Below the pieces are notes generated by a model that saw only the letters and a program-made list of their open reading frames with translations, was not told the DNA's origin and did no database searches. The position numbers and the translations under genes were made by a program. A stretch of DNA of 64,000 nt from Candidatus Latescibacterota bacterium (GTDB lineage: Bacteria > Latescibacterota > UBA2968): NCBI GenBank assembly GCA_965198115.1, contig OZ240241.1, positions 1,280,001-1,344,000 of the forward strand. The letters run 5' to 3'. Below are positions 50,826 through 60,698 of this stretch, one piece after another (within the stretch, counting starts at the first letter, position 1; every line of letters begins with the position of its first letter).

Positions 50826-51584
50826 TCACGCATACGTGGGAAACAATTTGTCCTTCTCCATCATCTGCTCGACCAGCATCAGGTCTTCGGGCGTATCGAC
50901 TGCGTGCGTCTCGAAAACGGTTTCGATCATCTTCACCCCATAGCCATGTTCGAGGCAGCGGTTCATATCGATCGATTCGGCGATTTCCAAGGGTGTCGGC
51001 TCGAGCTGAACGTACGTGAGCAGGAACTCGCGACGGAAGGGGATGATGCATACCTGTTTGTAGATGGGACTGTCGGAGTAGAACCCTTGAGCGCCGCGCG
51101 TGGTAGGAATCGCCTCTCGCGAGAAGTAGAGGGCGAATCCGTTACGATCCATCACGACCTTGACCGTGTTCGGGTCCTCGAACTCCTGTTGACTCCGGAT
51201 GCGCGCAGTCAAGTTCGAACAGACGATCGACTCGTCTTCGATGAGGGGATCGACGGCGAGATTGATCATGTCGGGATGCGTGAGCGGCTCGTCGCCCTGC
51301 ACCATGCAGACGATGTCGACGTCCAGCCTTTCCGTCGCTTCGGCGGTTCGATCGCTCGCCCGCTGGTGAGTGTCTGCGGTCATGATCGCTTTTCCACCGA
51401 ACGCCTCGACGGCATCCACGATCTCCTGATCGCAGGTAGCGATGTAAACACCATCGAGCCCGCTCGCCATAGCGACCCGCTTGTAGATGTGCTCGAGCAT
51501 CGTCAGTCCACGAATCTTCGCCAGGGGCTTGCCCGGAAAACGTGACGACCCCATCCTCGCAGGAATCACTGCGGCAGTCTTCAT
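50826..51584 (-). CDS. kdsB: KdsB-like cytidylyltransferase (CMP-Kdo synthetase family)
   Basis: IPARMGSSRFPGKPL, VQGDEP, VKVV, YFSR, AVDT. Substrate may differ from Kdo. Confidence 0.8.
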   Translation of the reverse strand: MKTAAVIPARMGSSRFPGKPLAKIRGLTMLEHIYKRVAMASGLDGVYIATCDQEIVDAVEAFGGKAIMTADTHQRASDRTAEATERLDVDIVCMVQGDEPLTHPDMINLAVDPLIEDESIVCSNLTARIRSQQEFEDPNTVKVVMDRNGFALYFSREAIPTTRGAQGFYSDSPIYKQVCIIPFRREFLLTYVQLEPTPLEIAESIDMNRCLEHGYGVKMIETVFETHAVDTPEDLMLVEQMMEKDKLFPTYA

Positions 51585-51609
51585 TCCACTCTCCCTTTTC
51601 AGCGGGGAC

Positions 51610-52509
51610 CTAAAGGACTACTTTGTCCCCGTAGTAGGCCTGCCACGCCTCGAAGTGCTTCTCACCCATAAGCGTTCCCTGAACGTCACACACGTTGCAG
51701 GGCTCGAATCCACGGTCGGCACACGCGAGCTTCTTGCGCACGAACGACAGCGCCTTTCCATTCCATACTTCGATCAGGGACTGTTCGTTCAGATTACCGG
51801 CACGGATCTTCTTTCCCCAATCGTGTGGGCATAGGAGGACAGAACCGTCCCAGTCGACGGTAATCTGGTAGTGTGGGTAGAAGCAGGGATGGCCCATGGG
51901 TTCATCGAGCTTGCCGACACCAAGATCCTCGATCTGTATGTTCCCCGCCCGGTTCGACATCGTCAGTCCAAACTGCTCTTCACGAGACAAGTAACGGACG
52001 CGCGTGATGAGCTGATCCTCGGTGAGCCCCGCTTCTTCCCTTATCGTGTCGAACGTTTCCTTCTGCTCCGGACCGTCATACATGCTCACCAGGAGCGTGT
52101 CCAGCCCGCTATCGAACAGGGAACGCGCGCGTTCTACCGTAAGGAAGTCCCCGTTCGTCACCGACTCGATGCGGGCGTCCGGACAGTGGGTTCGGAGCAG
52201 GCCGATGAGGGATTCCAGTTCCTTGTGCAGGAGGGGCTCGCCGAAGGCCGAGAACAGCGCCTTGCCCGCGTAGCCGAACGCTCCCAGTTGAACCGCGATC
52301 TTCTCCATCAGCTCGGGGCTCAGGAAGAGGTTTCGGTTGGGGTACACTTCTGGATCGACCCGGGGGCAGAACTCGCACGTCCTGTTGCAAAGCTCCGTTG
52401 GATTGAATTCGATGAGCGAGAAAGTGGGGACCCCCGAGATGTGATGTTGCACATCGAGATGCTCATCGATGATCGCGCTCTTCCGCTCGATGTTGGGGTC
52501 GATATTCAT
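51610..52509 (-). CDS. Radical SAM protein with SPASM/twitch domain
   Basis: CNRTCEFC, FGEPLLH, TNGDFL, CFYP...LCPHDW...PCNVCD. Start MNIDP overlaps the upstream stop. Confidence 0.9.
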   Translation of the reverse strand: MNIDPNIERKSAIIDEHLDVQHHISGVPTFSLIEFNPTELCNRTCEFCPRVDPEVYPNRNLFLSPELMEKIAVQLGAFGYAGKALFSAFGEPLLHKELESLIGLLRTHCPDARIESVTNGDFLTVERARSLFDSGLDTLLVSMYDGPEQKETFDTIREEAGLTEDQLITRVRYLSREEQFGLTMSNRAGNIQIEDLGVGKLDEPMGHPCFYPHYQITVDWDGSVLLCPHDWGKKIRAGNLNEQSLIEVWNGKALSFVRKKLACADRGFEPCNVCDVQGTLMGEKHFEAWQAYYGDKVVL

Positions 52510-53347
52510 ACGGGCTTGCTTTGGGCGACTCCCGCCAGGTCTCGGGAGGGAAGGAGCACCTCGGGCAGATTCTTCAGCGTGTTTTCGTGGACGCGCTCCC
52601 AGGCCGCAGGGCTGCTGTTTGAGTTGTGGGGCGCCATCAGGCAGTTCTCCAAATTCCGCAGTGGGCTGTCTTCTGGAAGGGGCTCTTCCTCGAACACGTC
52701 GAGCCCTGCACCGGCAATCGCGCCCCGGCTCAGGGCGGAAGCCAGCGCCGCGTTGTCCACGAGCGGCCCACGTGCGGTGTTTATCAGGAACGCGGTCGAC
52801 TTCATCAGATCCAACGCGGCCGCGTCGACAATGTGGTGGCTCGTGGCGTTGAGCGTGCAATTCAAAGACACGAAATCCGACCGCTCGAGCAGGTCTTCCT
52901 TCGACGTCATCACGGTCCCTGTCTCGTCGAGGAAGTCGGTGGGCGGTTCCCGCTGCGCACCTCCCTGTCCATCCGCGGAATGTTCCGTGCGAAGGAGAGG
53001 ATGTAACCCAGCACGGTATCGGAAACAGGATCGGTGAAGGCGTTCGGGGTGTTCCTTACGACAATCCCCAACCGGTCGGCGGCCTCTTGGTCGATGGAAT
53101 CGATGCCAGTGCCCCACTTCGAGATGACCTTAAGGTCTGTGGCTTTCTCCAGCACCCGGGCAGTGAACCGATCGTCCCCGCCAATCACGCCGTGAATGCC
53201 GTCGATCAGCCCGACCAGCTCGTCTTCAGACAGGCGCTCCCTGACTTCGGGCACGATCGGTTCGAGGTCGTTCTCCTCGAAAACAGACCGGAATCTGTCG
53301 AGGACAGGCTGAAAATAGGGGGCCGAAACCAGCACTTTGAAAGGCAT
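52506..53347 (-). pseudogene. D-2-hydroxyacid (phosphoglycerate) dehydrogenase-like, with internal deletion and frameshift
   Basis: ISKWGTGIDSID..RNTP and INTARGPLVD..GAGLDVF..PHNSN are in different frames. The GxGxxG segment is missing. Confidence 0.88.
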
Positions 53348-53460
53348 CGGATGCTCTTACTCCACAGGCCAAGGGCACCGTTTCCAAAGGTAACGCTTGG
53401 AAAGGTCCCGAACAAGGGAAATGTTTCTTTTGGTAACAACCAAACCAGAGGACCGCAATT

Positions 53461-54405
53461 TCACCTCTGTAGCGCCTGTCTGAGGCGACCATCGGATCGA
53501 ACGCGGCTGCCGTAGTCAACGACGAACGCGGCAAGAAGGGCGACGAGCACGCCCACGCCGGTCCCGAGCATCAGTCGTTTCCGGAGGGACGGGCCTGCTC
53601 TTTCGGCGTCTTCCGCGCTGGCGTAGCTGAGCACCCTGAAATCCGGCCTGCCCCGCTGAGCCTCGATTCGGATGGCCTCCTGACGAGAAAGAAGGTTGTT
53701 GTACACGTTCTCCCAGGACGACACGCGGCGCTGTCGCCACTCGAGATATCTTTCCGTGTCCAAGCGGCCGCGATTCCTCGCCCGAAACGTCAGCAGAGAA
53801 TCCTCGGCTTCACGCAGCCAGCGTTCCACTTCCAAAAGGCGGCTGTCAATGTAATCGAGTTCCTCATCCGCTTTAATCTGTTTCTCTTTCTTGAAATAAT
53901 GTGTGAGTGCGTAGACGTAGGCGTTAGACATACCAGCAGCTACAAGCGAATCCTTGTCGGTCACTGCAATCGAAATAAGGCCCCCCTCCGCCTGTGTGAT
54001 CACGGTCCTATCGTTCAGAGTTTGCAGGGCCCGCCTTATTGTCTGCCCCCCCAACCACCCGAGAACCGTGATGGAATCCCCATGAGATCGCGGATTGGGC
54101 ATCAGCGTTGACAGTACGATTTGCCCGATACCGAATCCTGAGATCATGGTGGGACTTATCGGGGGCGTGGTCCTCCCGTCGAGGCGTGGTGGCTCCACCG
54201 CCAGCAGGTTGACCTCGGCTCGGAACGGCGGCGGGTCCGCGAAGTATCCACTTACCCCGCCCATTACGGTAAAGAGCACGATGACCCAAATGATCAGCCA
54301 CCTGCGCCGCACAATCACCGCGATCAAGTCGATCAAGTCGATCTCGTCGTCGTGTCGATGGCCAGGGTGCTCCTGATGCCCGGTGTCTCCTTGTTGCTCT
54401 TCCAT
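53461..54405 (-). CDS. Wzz/GumC-like polysaccharide chain-length determinant
   Basis: DDEIDLIDL..RRRWLI, N- and C-terminal TM, coiled coil LREAEDSLLTFR. Confidence 0.82.
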   Translation of the reverse strand: MEEQQGDTGHQEHPGHRHDDEIDLIDLIAVIVRRRWLIIWVIVLFTVMGGVSGYFADPPPFRAEVNLLAVEPPRLDGRTTPPISPTMISGFGIGQIVLSTLMPNPRSHGDSITVLGWLGGQTIRRALQTLNDRTVITQAEGGLISIAVTDKDSLVAAGMSNAYVYALTHYFKKEKQIKADEELDYIDSRLLEVERWLREAEDSLLTFRARNRGRLDTERYLEWRQRRVSSWENVYNNLLSRQEAIRIEAQRGRPDFRVLSYASAEDAERAGPSLRKRLMLGTGVGVLVALLAAFVVDYGSRVRSDGRLRQALQR

Positions 54406-55427
54406 CAGTTCCAGTGCGCTTCCGGTTGAAATGACCTCAGTTCCTCTATCTCCCACGGAATCGATAGGCCCCGGGTGATCTTATGCTCAGCTTCAGCAGA
54501 GAGAGCGTGCGCGCGCTCGAGCAAGACGTCGCTGGTATACCTCATCTCACTCAGCCCCATCCCCCCCTCCGCAATCCCCAGATAATGATGCCCCGGCGAA
54601 AACTCCCCACTTTTTGCATCCTCAATCGCCCCAAACACCGCCACATCGATCCGCTTCAACACACTCACCAACACCTTCCCCGGCGCCAGGTCGTCCTGAT
54701 CCAAATCCGCCCCGATCGCAAACACCCTTCCTTCGGCCTCTTTGACCGCCTCGATCACACCCAATCCCGAATTCCCCGCAAGCTGCAGGACGATATCGCA
54801 TCCCTGCCCAATCAATCCCTGGGCGAGGGCCTTGCCACGCGAGGGATTATTGAAATCCCCGATCGTCGCCGACAGATACTCGACGCTCTTGTTCTCCCAT
54901 TCGTTGACTGCTTTGATGCCAGCCCGATACCCAACCTCATAGGCTCGAACCGGGGGAATATCCATTCCCAGCACACACCCCACTTTCCCAGTGTGCGTCG
55001 TCATCGCCGCGATAATGCCGGCGAGGAAGGCGCCCTCCTGCGCCTTGAAGTCGAAGCTCGCAACGTTTTTGCCTTTGACCTCACCATCGACGAAAATGAA
55101 CTTCGTGTTCGGATGGTTCGGCGCAACCTGCCCGACGGCGTCGATCATCAAAAAACCCATCGCAACGACGACATCGGACTGTTGAGCAGCCAACGTCAGG
55201 TTCGCGACATAGTCCGCTTGTTCGTTCGACTGCAGGTAGGTCGCCTCAACGCCCAGCTCCTCAACCGCCTTCTGAACACCCGTCCAGCCGGCATCATTGA
55301 AGCCCTTGTCCCCCAGGCCCGCCATGTCCAACACCATCACCACCTTGAAACGGTCAGAACGAGTCGTTTCGTCACCACTGGCGCAGCTGGAGAGCAGGAG
55401 AATAAGGAGGAATCTGATCAGCTTCAT
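54405..55427 (-). CDS. BMP/PnrA-family ABC substrate-binding lipoprotein
   Basis: Lipobox LSSC, GLGDKGFND, EGAFLAG, IGADLDQ, SVLKRID. Confidence 0.92.
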   Translation of the reverse strand: MKLIRFLLILLLSSCASGDETTRSDRFKVVMVLDMAGLGDKGFNDAGWTGVQKAVEELGVEATYLQSNEQADYVANLTLAAQQSDVVVAMGFLMIDAVGQVAPNHPNTKFIFVDGEVKGKNVASFDFKAQEGAFLAGIIAAMTTHTGKVGCVLGMDIPPVRAYEVGYRAGIKAVNEWENKSVEYLSATIGDFNNPSRGKALAQGLIGQGCDIVLQLAGNSGLGVIEAVKEAEGRVFAIGADLDQDDLAPGKVLVSVLKRIDVAVFGAIEDAKSGEFSPGHHYLGIAEGGMGLSEMRYTSDVLLERAHALSAEAEHKITRGLSIPWEIEELRSFQPEAHWN

Positions 55428-55770
55428 GGATAGGCCCACGCGGGTGTGCTCAACGGCCAAAAGATGCGCTTGGGCTTGTTCGAAGTCAAGGAAAGACAAG
55501 CATTTGACGATCTATAAGACAGTTGCCAGTCCTCGGCAAACCGATGGACAACTCCTTGCCCTCGACGATTTCTATCAAACCCGCGGCTGAAAGAGGAGCT
55601 ACGGAAATAACGTTCGTAGCAACCTGCGACCGGGTCGGGTTCAAACCACTTGCCGACGAATCTCCTCGGAGCTACTTTTTGCCAAGTGGGCCGACGGGCG
55701 AATCAATCCCCGGTCCTGTTTTTACTTAGAGTCTTCGCATCTTCGTGGTTCAAGTTTTAAGGTCTCCACT

Positions 55771-56779
55771 ATGGGTTACATGCAGGCTTACCGTGTCGGG
55801 AATTCCCGTGGGGAATCGCCACTGGGCAAAATCTCACGTCTTCTGAGTGAAGGGATCGATTGCGACGACCTTGGCGATACTCAGCCTGAAAATGGATGTG
55901 TCTTGATTGACTTCACAGCCGGCGAGGATCTTGTCCATCAAACCCGGAACTCCGTTCCCCAACTGCCACAGGTTCTTGTTGCGAGCACACAGACCCTCGG
56001 TTTCCGTCAGCTCGATCTGGCGGACGACTTTGTATCTCCTGACATGCCAGCCGCGGAAGTGATTAGTCGTGTGGAATGCCTGACGAATGCAGCGGTTCGT
56101 ATCGTCGAAGAAGTCCCTGAAGCGAATCAAACAAGGATCCTACTGGACGGCGAAACTGGTGAGGAGGGATCGCTCAGGACTCTCGCGGAGCTGCTGACCG
56201 AAAACGAAATCGAATGGACTCAGCTCGAGGATAAGAACGATCCGGAGGGTACGGGGCTGATTTACGCGCACTACCGTCGGTCATCCTATGCCCGCTTTTT
56301 GCAAGGTGACTTCCCCGGGTACCTTCACATACAGATGACAACACGCAAAGTTTCTACAAATGCTCGAACGCCTCCGCGACCCGGATGCGCAACGAAGCGC
56401 GGGTGAAACGGCCGGTGGCGCGGATGCGATCGATGTGCTTTTCGTCGGCGATCGCAACGTCGGGAGCAACCTCAAATCGGGTATAGGAGATGACGTCAAC
56501 CTGTCGACGATGGCTTCGACTGCCGGGGGCATGGCTCAGGCAAAGAAGAACGAACTCGTCTTGATCCACCTAGGAGGAAAAGACGACGCCAAAGAGCGTC
56601 TTGCTTTTCTGCAGATGCTCATCAAGGACCCCGAGCATCCAGATCTGGCATTGTTGTTCCTCAAAGAGGCCCCGGATCAGTTGAGAGTATTCTGTGAGAA
56701 GAGCAACGTGGCCGTCATCGAATCGAAGAACGCAAGTGAGATTCGGGACGCGATCGTGAGTATGTTCGAAGAGGCTTGA
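55771..56779 (+). pseudogene. Hypothetical protein with degenerate receiver-like segments, apparently frameshifted near 56355
   Basis: Two consecutive protein-like ORFs. ADDFVSPDMPAAEVISRV resembles the end of a REC domain. Confidence 0.45.
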
Positions 56780-56959
56780 AAAGCGCCCCTGAGAACACTG
56801 AAAGGTATCCAGTAGTAGACCCTGGCTACCGGTCCTCGATAGGGAAATGGGGAAGGCCGAGACGAGGTAACGTCTCGGCCCTTTTTGTTGCACGCAGAAC
56901 CTGTCCTTCATCGTCTCTCCACTCTTCTTTCAGTGGCCTCAGTGGCTGTCTTTGGTTTT

Positions 56960-57139
56960 TCAGAACAAAGTGTAGACGAAGGGGGCGAGGGCGGTTCCCT
57001 GAGTAAACACGATCAGAACACCGAATAGCATCAGCACCAGGACCATGGGAATCATCCACCACAGTTTCCGTTCCCAGAAGAAGACCAGAAGCTCCCCTAT
57101 GATGCCGAGTCGTGCGATGACGCGTTGGACGTAGCTCAC
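56960..57139 (-). CDS. DUF5989-family small membrane protein
   Basis: FFWERKLWWMIP...GTALAPFVYTLF, the family typically found after carbamoyltransferase genes. Confidence 0.85.
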   Translation of the reverse strand: MSYVQRVIARLGIIGELLVFFWERKLWWMIPMVLVLMLFGVLIVFTQGTALAPFVYTLF

Positions 57140-57233
57140 TGTGGGTTTCCTTGATACAAACGATACCGGAGTCACTCCCGAACCGTTCGTCCTTCGATAC
57201 GACGTGCTCTCGATTCAGTCGCTTGAAATAAAA

Positions 57234-58653
57234 GGCTCTATCCGGGTTTCTCAACGGTGAAACTATAGAATGACAAGGTCATAGATCGTTCCCTACGCTT
57301 GGTTGTGTGTGTAGGACAATCAAAGCGAAGGGGGTGCGACCTATGACCGGGAGCAGATTACTATCGAAACTGCTGAGATTCAAGGGGTTCCGTGTTGTCA
57401 GCTGGTGGTTTGAGGGGAGAAGCTGCTTCGTCATCGCCGTAAAGCCACATAAGAATGGTTGTTGTTGTCCGGAGTGCGGCCGTCGAGGTAAAATCGTCCG
57501 CACAATGCCCCATCCGCGTCGGTGGCGTGACATTCCGGTGTGCGGGTGGAGGGTCTGGCTTCTCTACCATCCTCGGGAGATTCGGTGTCCTACCCACGGT
57601 CGTGTGGTCGAGGAGATTCCGTGGGCGGAGCGGTTCTCTCGGGTGACGTATCGCTTCGAGTATGCCATGCTGCGCTACTGCCAGACCATGACGCAGAAGG
57701 CGGCGTCCGAGTTACTGCGCATCTCTGCCTCGACGCTGTCGGATCTCCTTCACCGATCCATCACGCGGCTTCGTGAAGGTCATCGTATCCGAGGGCTCAA
57801 AACCATCGGGATCGACGAGATCTCCTACGCCAAGCGTCACAGGTACGCCACGCTCGTTTACGATCTGGACCGCTCCTGCGTGGTGTGGGTTGGCCGCGGC
57901 AGGGCGCGTAAAACGATCGATCGGTTCTTCACAGAGGCTCTCAGTCCCTACCAGAGATCCAAGATCGAGTGGGCCTGCTGCGACATGAGCGAAGCTTACA
58001 TCGGAGCCATCCAGGAACACTGTCCGAATGCCAAGCTGGTCCTCGATCGCTTTCACATCGTCAAGGCTCTCAATGCCGCCGTTGACGAGGTCCGTAAGGA
58101 CCAGTGGCGTAAAGCTGCCCCGGATGAGCGCAAAGCCATGAAGGGCCTCCGATGGCTCCTCTACCGGCACTCAGCGACACGCTCCAGAGGGGATACTCGG
58201 ACACTCAAAGCACTGGAGAAGGCGAACTACCGAATCTATAGAGCCTGGAGACTCAAGGACGAGTTCGAGCAGTTCTGGGAATACAAAGCGCCCTGGGCTG
58301 CCGAACGCTTCCTGAAATGCTGGACGACGTCCGCACTCAGAAGTCGACTTGAACCCCTGCGAAAGTTCGTCAGGACCCTGCGACAGCACTTCTTCGGCGT
58401 CCTCGCATTCGTGAACACGCGTCTTACCAACGCCATCGCCGAAGGCCTCAACCGAATCGTCCAAATCGTCAAGAACCGAGCCAGCGGATTCCGCACACTC
58501 GACGCATTCAACGATATGATCTTCCTTACCGTCGGAGACATAAACATCCCTGAGCAGATTCCGAAGAGGTTCCGCACACGCTAACCGCGCCCCCATGCCA
58601 GGAACCACGGCACCTTCACCCACTTCAGCTCGTTGAGAGATCCGGATATAGCC
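57234..58653 (+). mobile_element. ISL3-family IS, copy 2 (1420 bp)
   Basis: Same IRs as copy 1. 8-bp TSD AAATAAAA at 57226-57233 and 58654-58661. Confidence 0.96.
57307..58584 (+). CDS. ISL3-family transposase
   Basis: Two amino-acid differences from copy 1. Confidence 0.96.
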   Translation: MCRTIKAKGVRPMTGSRLLSKLLRFKGFRVVSWWFEGRSCFVIAVKPHKNGCCCPECGRRGKIVRTMPHPRRWRDIPVCGWRVWLLYHPREIRCPTHGRVVEEIPWAERFSRVTYRFEYAMLRYCQTMTQKAASELLRISASTLSDLLHRSITRLREGHRIRGLKTIGIDEISYAKRHRYATLVYDLDRSCVVWVGRGRARKTIDRFFTEALSPYQRSKIEWACCDMSEAYIGAIQEHCPNAKLVLDRFHIVKALNAAVDEVRKDQWRKAAPDERKAMKGLRWLLYRHSATRSRGDTRTLKALEKANYRIYRAWRLKDEFEQFWEYKAPWAAERFLKCWTTSALRSRLEPLRKFVRTLRQHFFGVLAFVNTRLTNAIAEGLNRIVQIVKNRASGFRTLDAFNDMIFLTVGDINIPEQIPKRFRTR

Positions 58654-58774
58654 AAATAAAATACACGCTCGATGACGTCACTCAGGATGAACGGTCCGAA
58701 CGGCGCAACGGCAAAGTGTTTACTTCGACCCGATAGATGACGGGGTTTCCTTCTGTCTGCTGTCTGCTCCCTTC

Positions 58775-60544
58775 TCACTTCCTAACAATCGTATTGCCCA
58801 TCACCAAGACGTCCATCTCGCTTCGCAAGAACGTGCTGTAGGCGTTCTTAGGTGTGGTGACGATGGGTTCCCCACGCAAGTTGAATGAAGTGTTCAGCAC
58901 GACAGGCACTCCCGTAGCCTCGCCGAACCGCCTGATCAGCTCGTGGTACCGTGGGTTTGTCTCCAAGAAAACGGTTTGGACACGGGCTGTGCCATCGACG
59001 TGCGTGACGGCGGGCACATCCGACTTCTTGTCATCGTGAACGTCTGAAACGAGCAACATGAACCGCGCCGGGTCCTGGTTCCTCGCGTCGGGTAGATTGA
59101 AGTAGGACTCGGTGGCTTCGGCAAGCACCGATGGCGCGAAGGGCCGGTAGGGTTCACGAAACTTGATTTTCGTGTTGACGACGTCTTTCATTTCCTCGCG
59201 TCTTGGATCGGCGAGGATGCTGCGATTACCCAACGCCCTCGGTCCCCATTCGAATCGTCCCTGATACCAGCCAATGACCTTCCCGGTTGAGAGTGCATCG
59301 ACAGTCTGGTCGATAACCGCGCTCTCGTCCAGATCCTCGAACGCCACGTTCTCCTGCTTCAAGAATCCAGCTTCCTGCCCTTCGAAAGACTGACCCCAAA
59401 ACGCGTGGTCCATCGTCATCGAGCGCGGGTGGTTCAACAGGGTGTGGTAGGCATATAGCGCTGCCCCCAGCGCGCCTCCCGAATCGCCGGCCGCCGGCTG
59501 GATGTAGATGTGCTCGAATCCTGATTCACGAAGAATGCGACCATTGGCGACGCTGTTCAACCCCACGCCTCCGGCGATGCAAAGATTCGACTGTCCAGTC
59601 CGCTTTCTGAGCGCGCGCGCTGAGTTGAGCAGAATCTCCTCAGTTACCTTCTGGATCGAAGCAGCGATATCGGCGTAGTGCTGGTTTTCCTTACATAGGA
59701 AATCATAATTGCCTGGCTTCTCGCCGAAATAGCTCGGGAATCCAGTCGAATCGGTAAAAAAGAGTGTCTCTGGCGTTCTTGGTTCGCCAAACAGGTGCGT
59801 GAATTTAGGGCCGAAGGTTCGGTGTGTAGAGTGGTGGAAAGTAAAGTAGTCCATGTCGAGTCTGAACGATCCATCGTCGAACATCTCCACGACTTTCCAG
59901 ACTTTATCGACATACCGCGGCTCCCCGTAGGGTGCCATCCCCATCACTTTATACTCACCCTCGTTGACCTGGAACCCGAGGAATGCGGTGAACGCGCTGT
60001 AAAGCAGTCCAAGCGAGTGGGGGAAGCGAATCTCGTGTGTCAGCGTAATGTCGCATCCCTGGCCGAGTCCCGTCGTTGCCGTTGCCCACTCGCCGACGCC
60101 GTCCACCGTAAGGAGAGCTGCCTCCTCGAAAGGCGAAACGAGGAAGGCGCTAGCTGCGTGCGAGGCGTGGTGCGGCACGAATAGGATTCTGTCCCGTGGA
60201 ATCCCCAGTTCCTGCTGGATCAAGTGCCGAATCCACAACTTATCTCCCATCCACGTCAGCATCGACTCTCGGAAGACTTTCCACGAGCGAGGGTAAGTCT
60301 GCAGGCAGGAAGAGAGGATCCGCTCGAATTTCTCGAACGGCTTTTCGTAGAAAACGGCATAGTCGAGCTCACTCGCCTGAACGCCAGCCTCTTCCAGACA
60401 GAATGCGATTGCGCGCGTCGGAAAGCCGAAATCGTGCTTCACTCGACTGAAGCGCTCTTCTTCCGCGGCGGCGATGAGCTGGCCTTCGGACAGCAGCGCA
60501 GCTGCAGCATCGTGGTAATGACAGGAAATACCTAGAATTTTCAT
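58775..60544 (-). CDS. Carbamoyltransferase (NodU/CmcH family), intact
   Basis: YHDAAAA, EEERFSR, HHASHAAS, VDGVGE, PHSLGLLY, EYKVMG, GPRALGNRS, LNTSFN. Confidence 0.95.
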   Translation of the reverse strand: MKILGISCHYHDAAAALLSEGQLIAAAEEERFSRVKHDFGFPTRAIAFCLEEAGVQASELDYAVFYEKPFEKFERILSSCLQTYPRSWKVFRESMLTWMGDKLWIRHLIQQELGIPRDRILFVPHHASHAASAFLVSPFEEAALLTVDGVGEWATATTGLGQGCDITLTHEIRFPHSLGLLYSAFTAFLGFQVNEGEYKVMGMAPYGEPRYVDKVWKVVEMFDDGSFRLDMDYFTFHHSTHRTFGPKFTHLFGEPRTPETLFFTDSTGFPSYFGEKPGNYDFLCKENQHYADIAASIQKVTEEILLNSARALRKRTGQSNLCIAGGVGLNSVANGRILRESGFEHIYIQPAAGDSGGALGAALYAYHTLLNHPRSMTMDHAFWGQSFEGQEAGFLKQENVAFEDLDESAVIDQTVDALSTGKVIGWYQGRFEWGPRALGNRSILADPRREEMKDVVNTKIKFREPYRPFAPSVLAEATESYFNLPDARNQDPARFMLLVSDVHDDKKSDVPAVTHVDGTARVQTVFLETNPRYHELIRRFGEATGVPVVLNTSFNLRGEPIVTTPKNAYSTFLRSEMDVLVMGNTIVRK

Positions 60545-60698
60545 TGGCTATTGCGTCGGCTGGAGTTCAGAAAACCAAGTGCAGAGTAGCGACTTCCGAG
60601 TGATGAGCTTCGAGGGGGTGTGTTTAATCCGAATACCGCCCAGGGTGTAAGACCTCAGGAGAAGACTCCGTGCACCTCTGCACGCGATGAGAGATCCC

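Noticed and set aside
55500-55770. Riboswitch or tRNA upstream of the BMP lipoprotein (GGCAAACC and GGTTCAAACC motifs)
   Set aside because: No cloverleaf and no complete c-di-GMP-I or purine aptamer pairing could be built by eye. Infernal would be needed.
57140-58774. SxtJ-like gene between the carbamoyltransferase and DUF5989, split by ISL3
   Set aside because: The rejoined flanks (about 210 bp) give no TM-rich or SxtJ-like translation.
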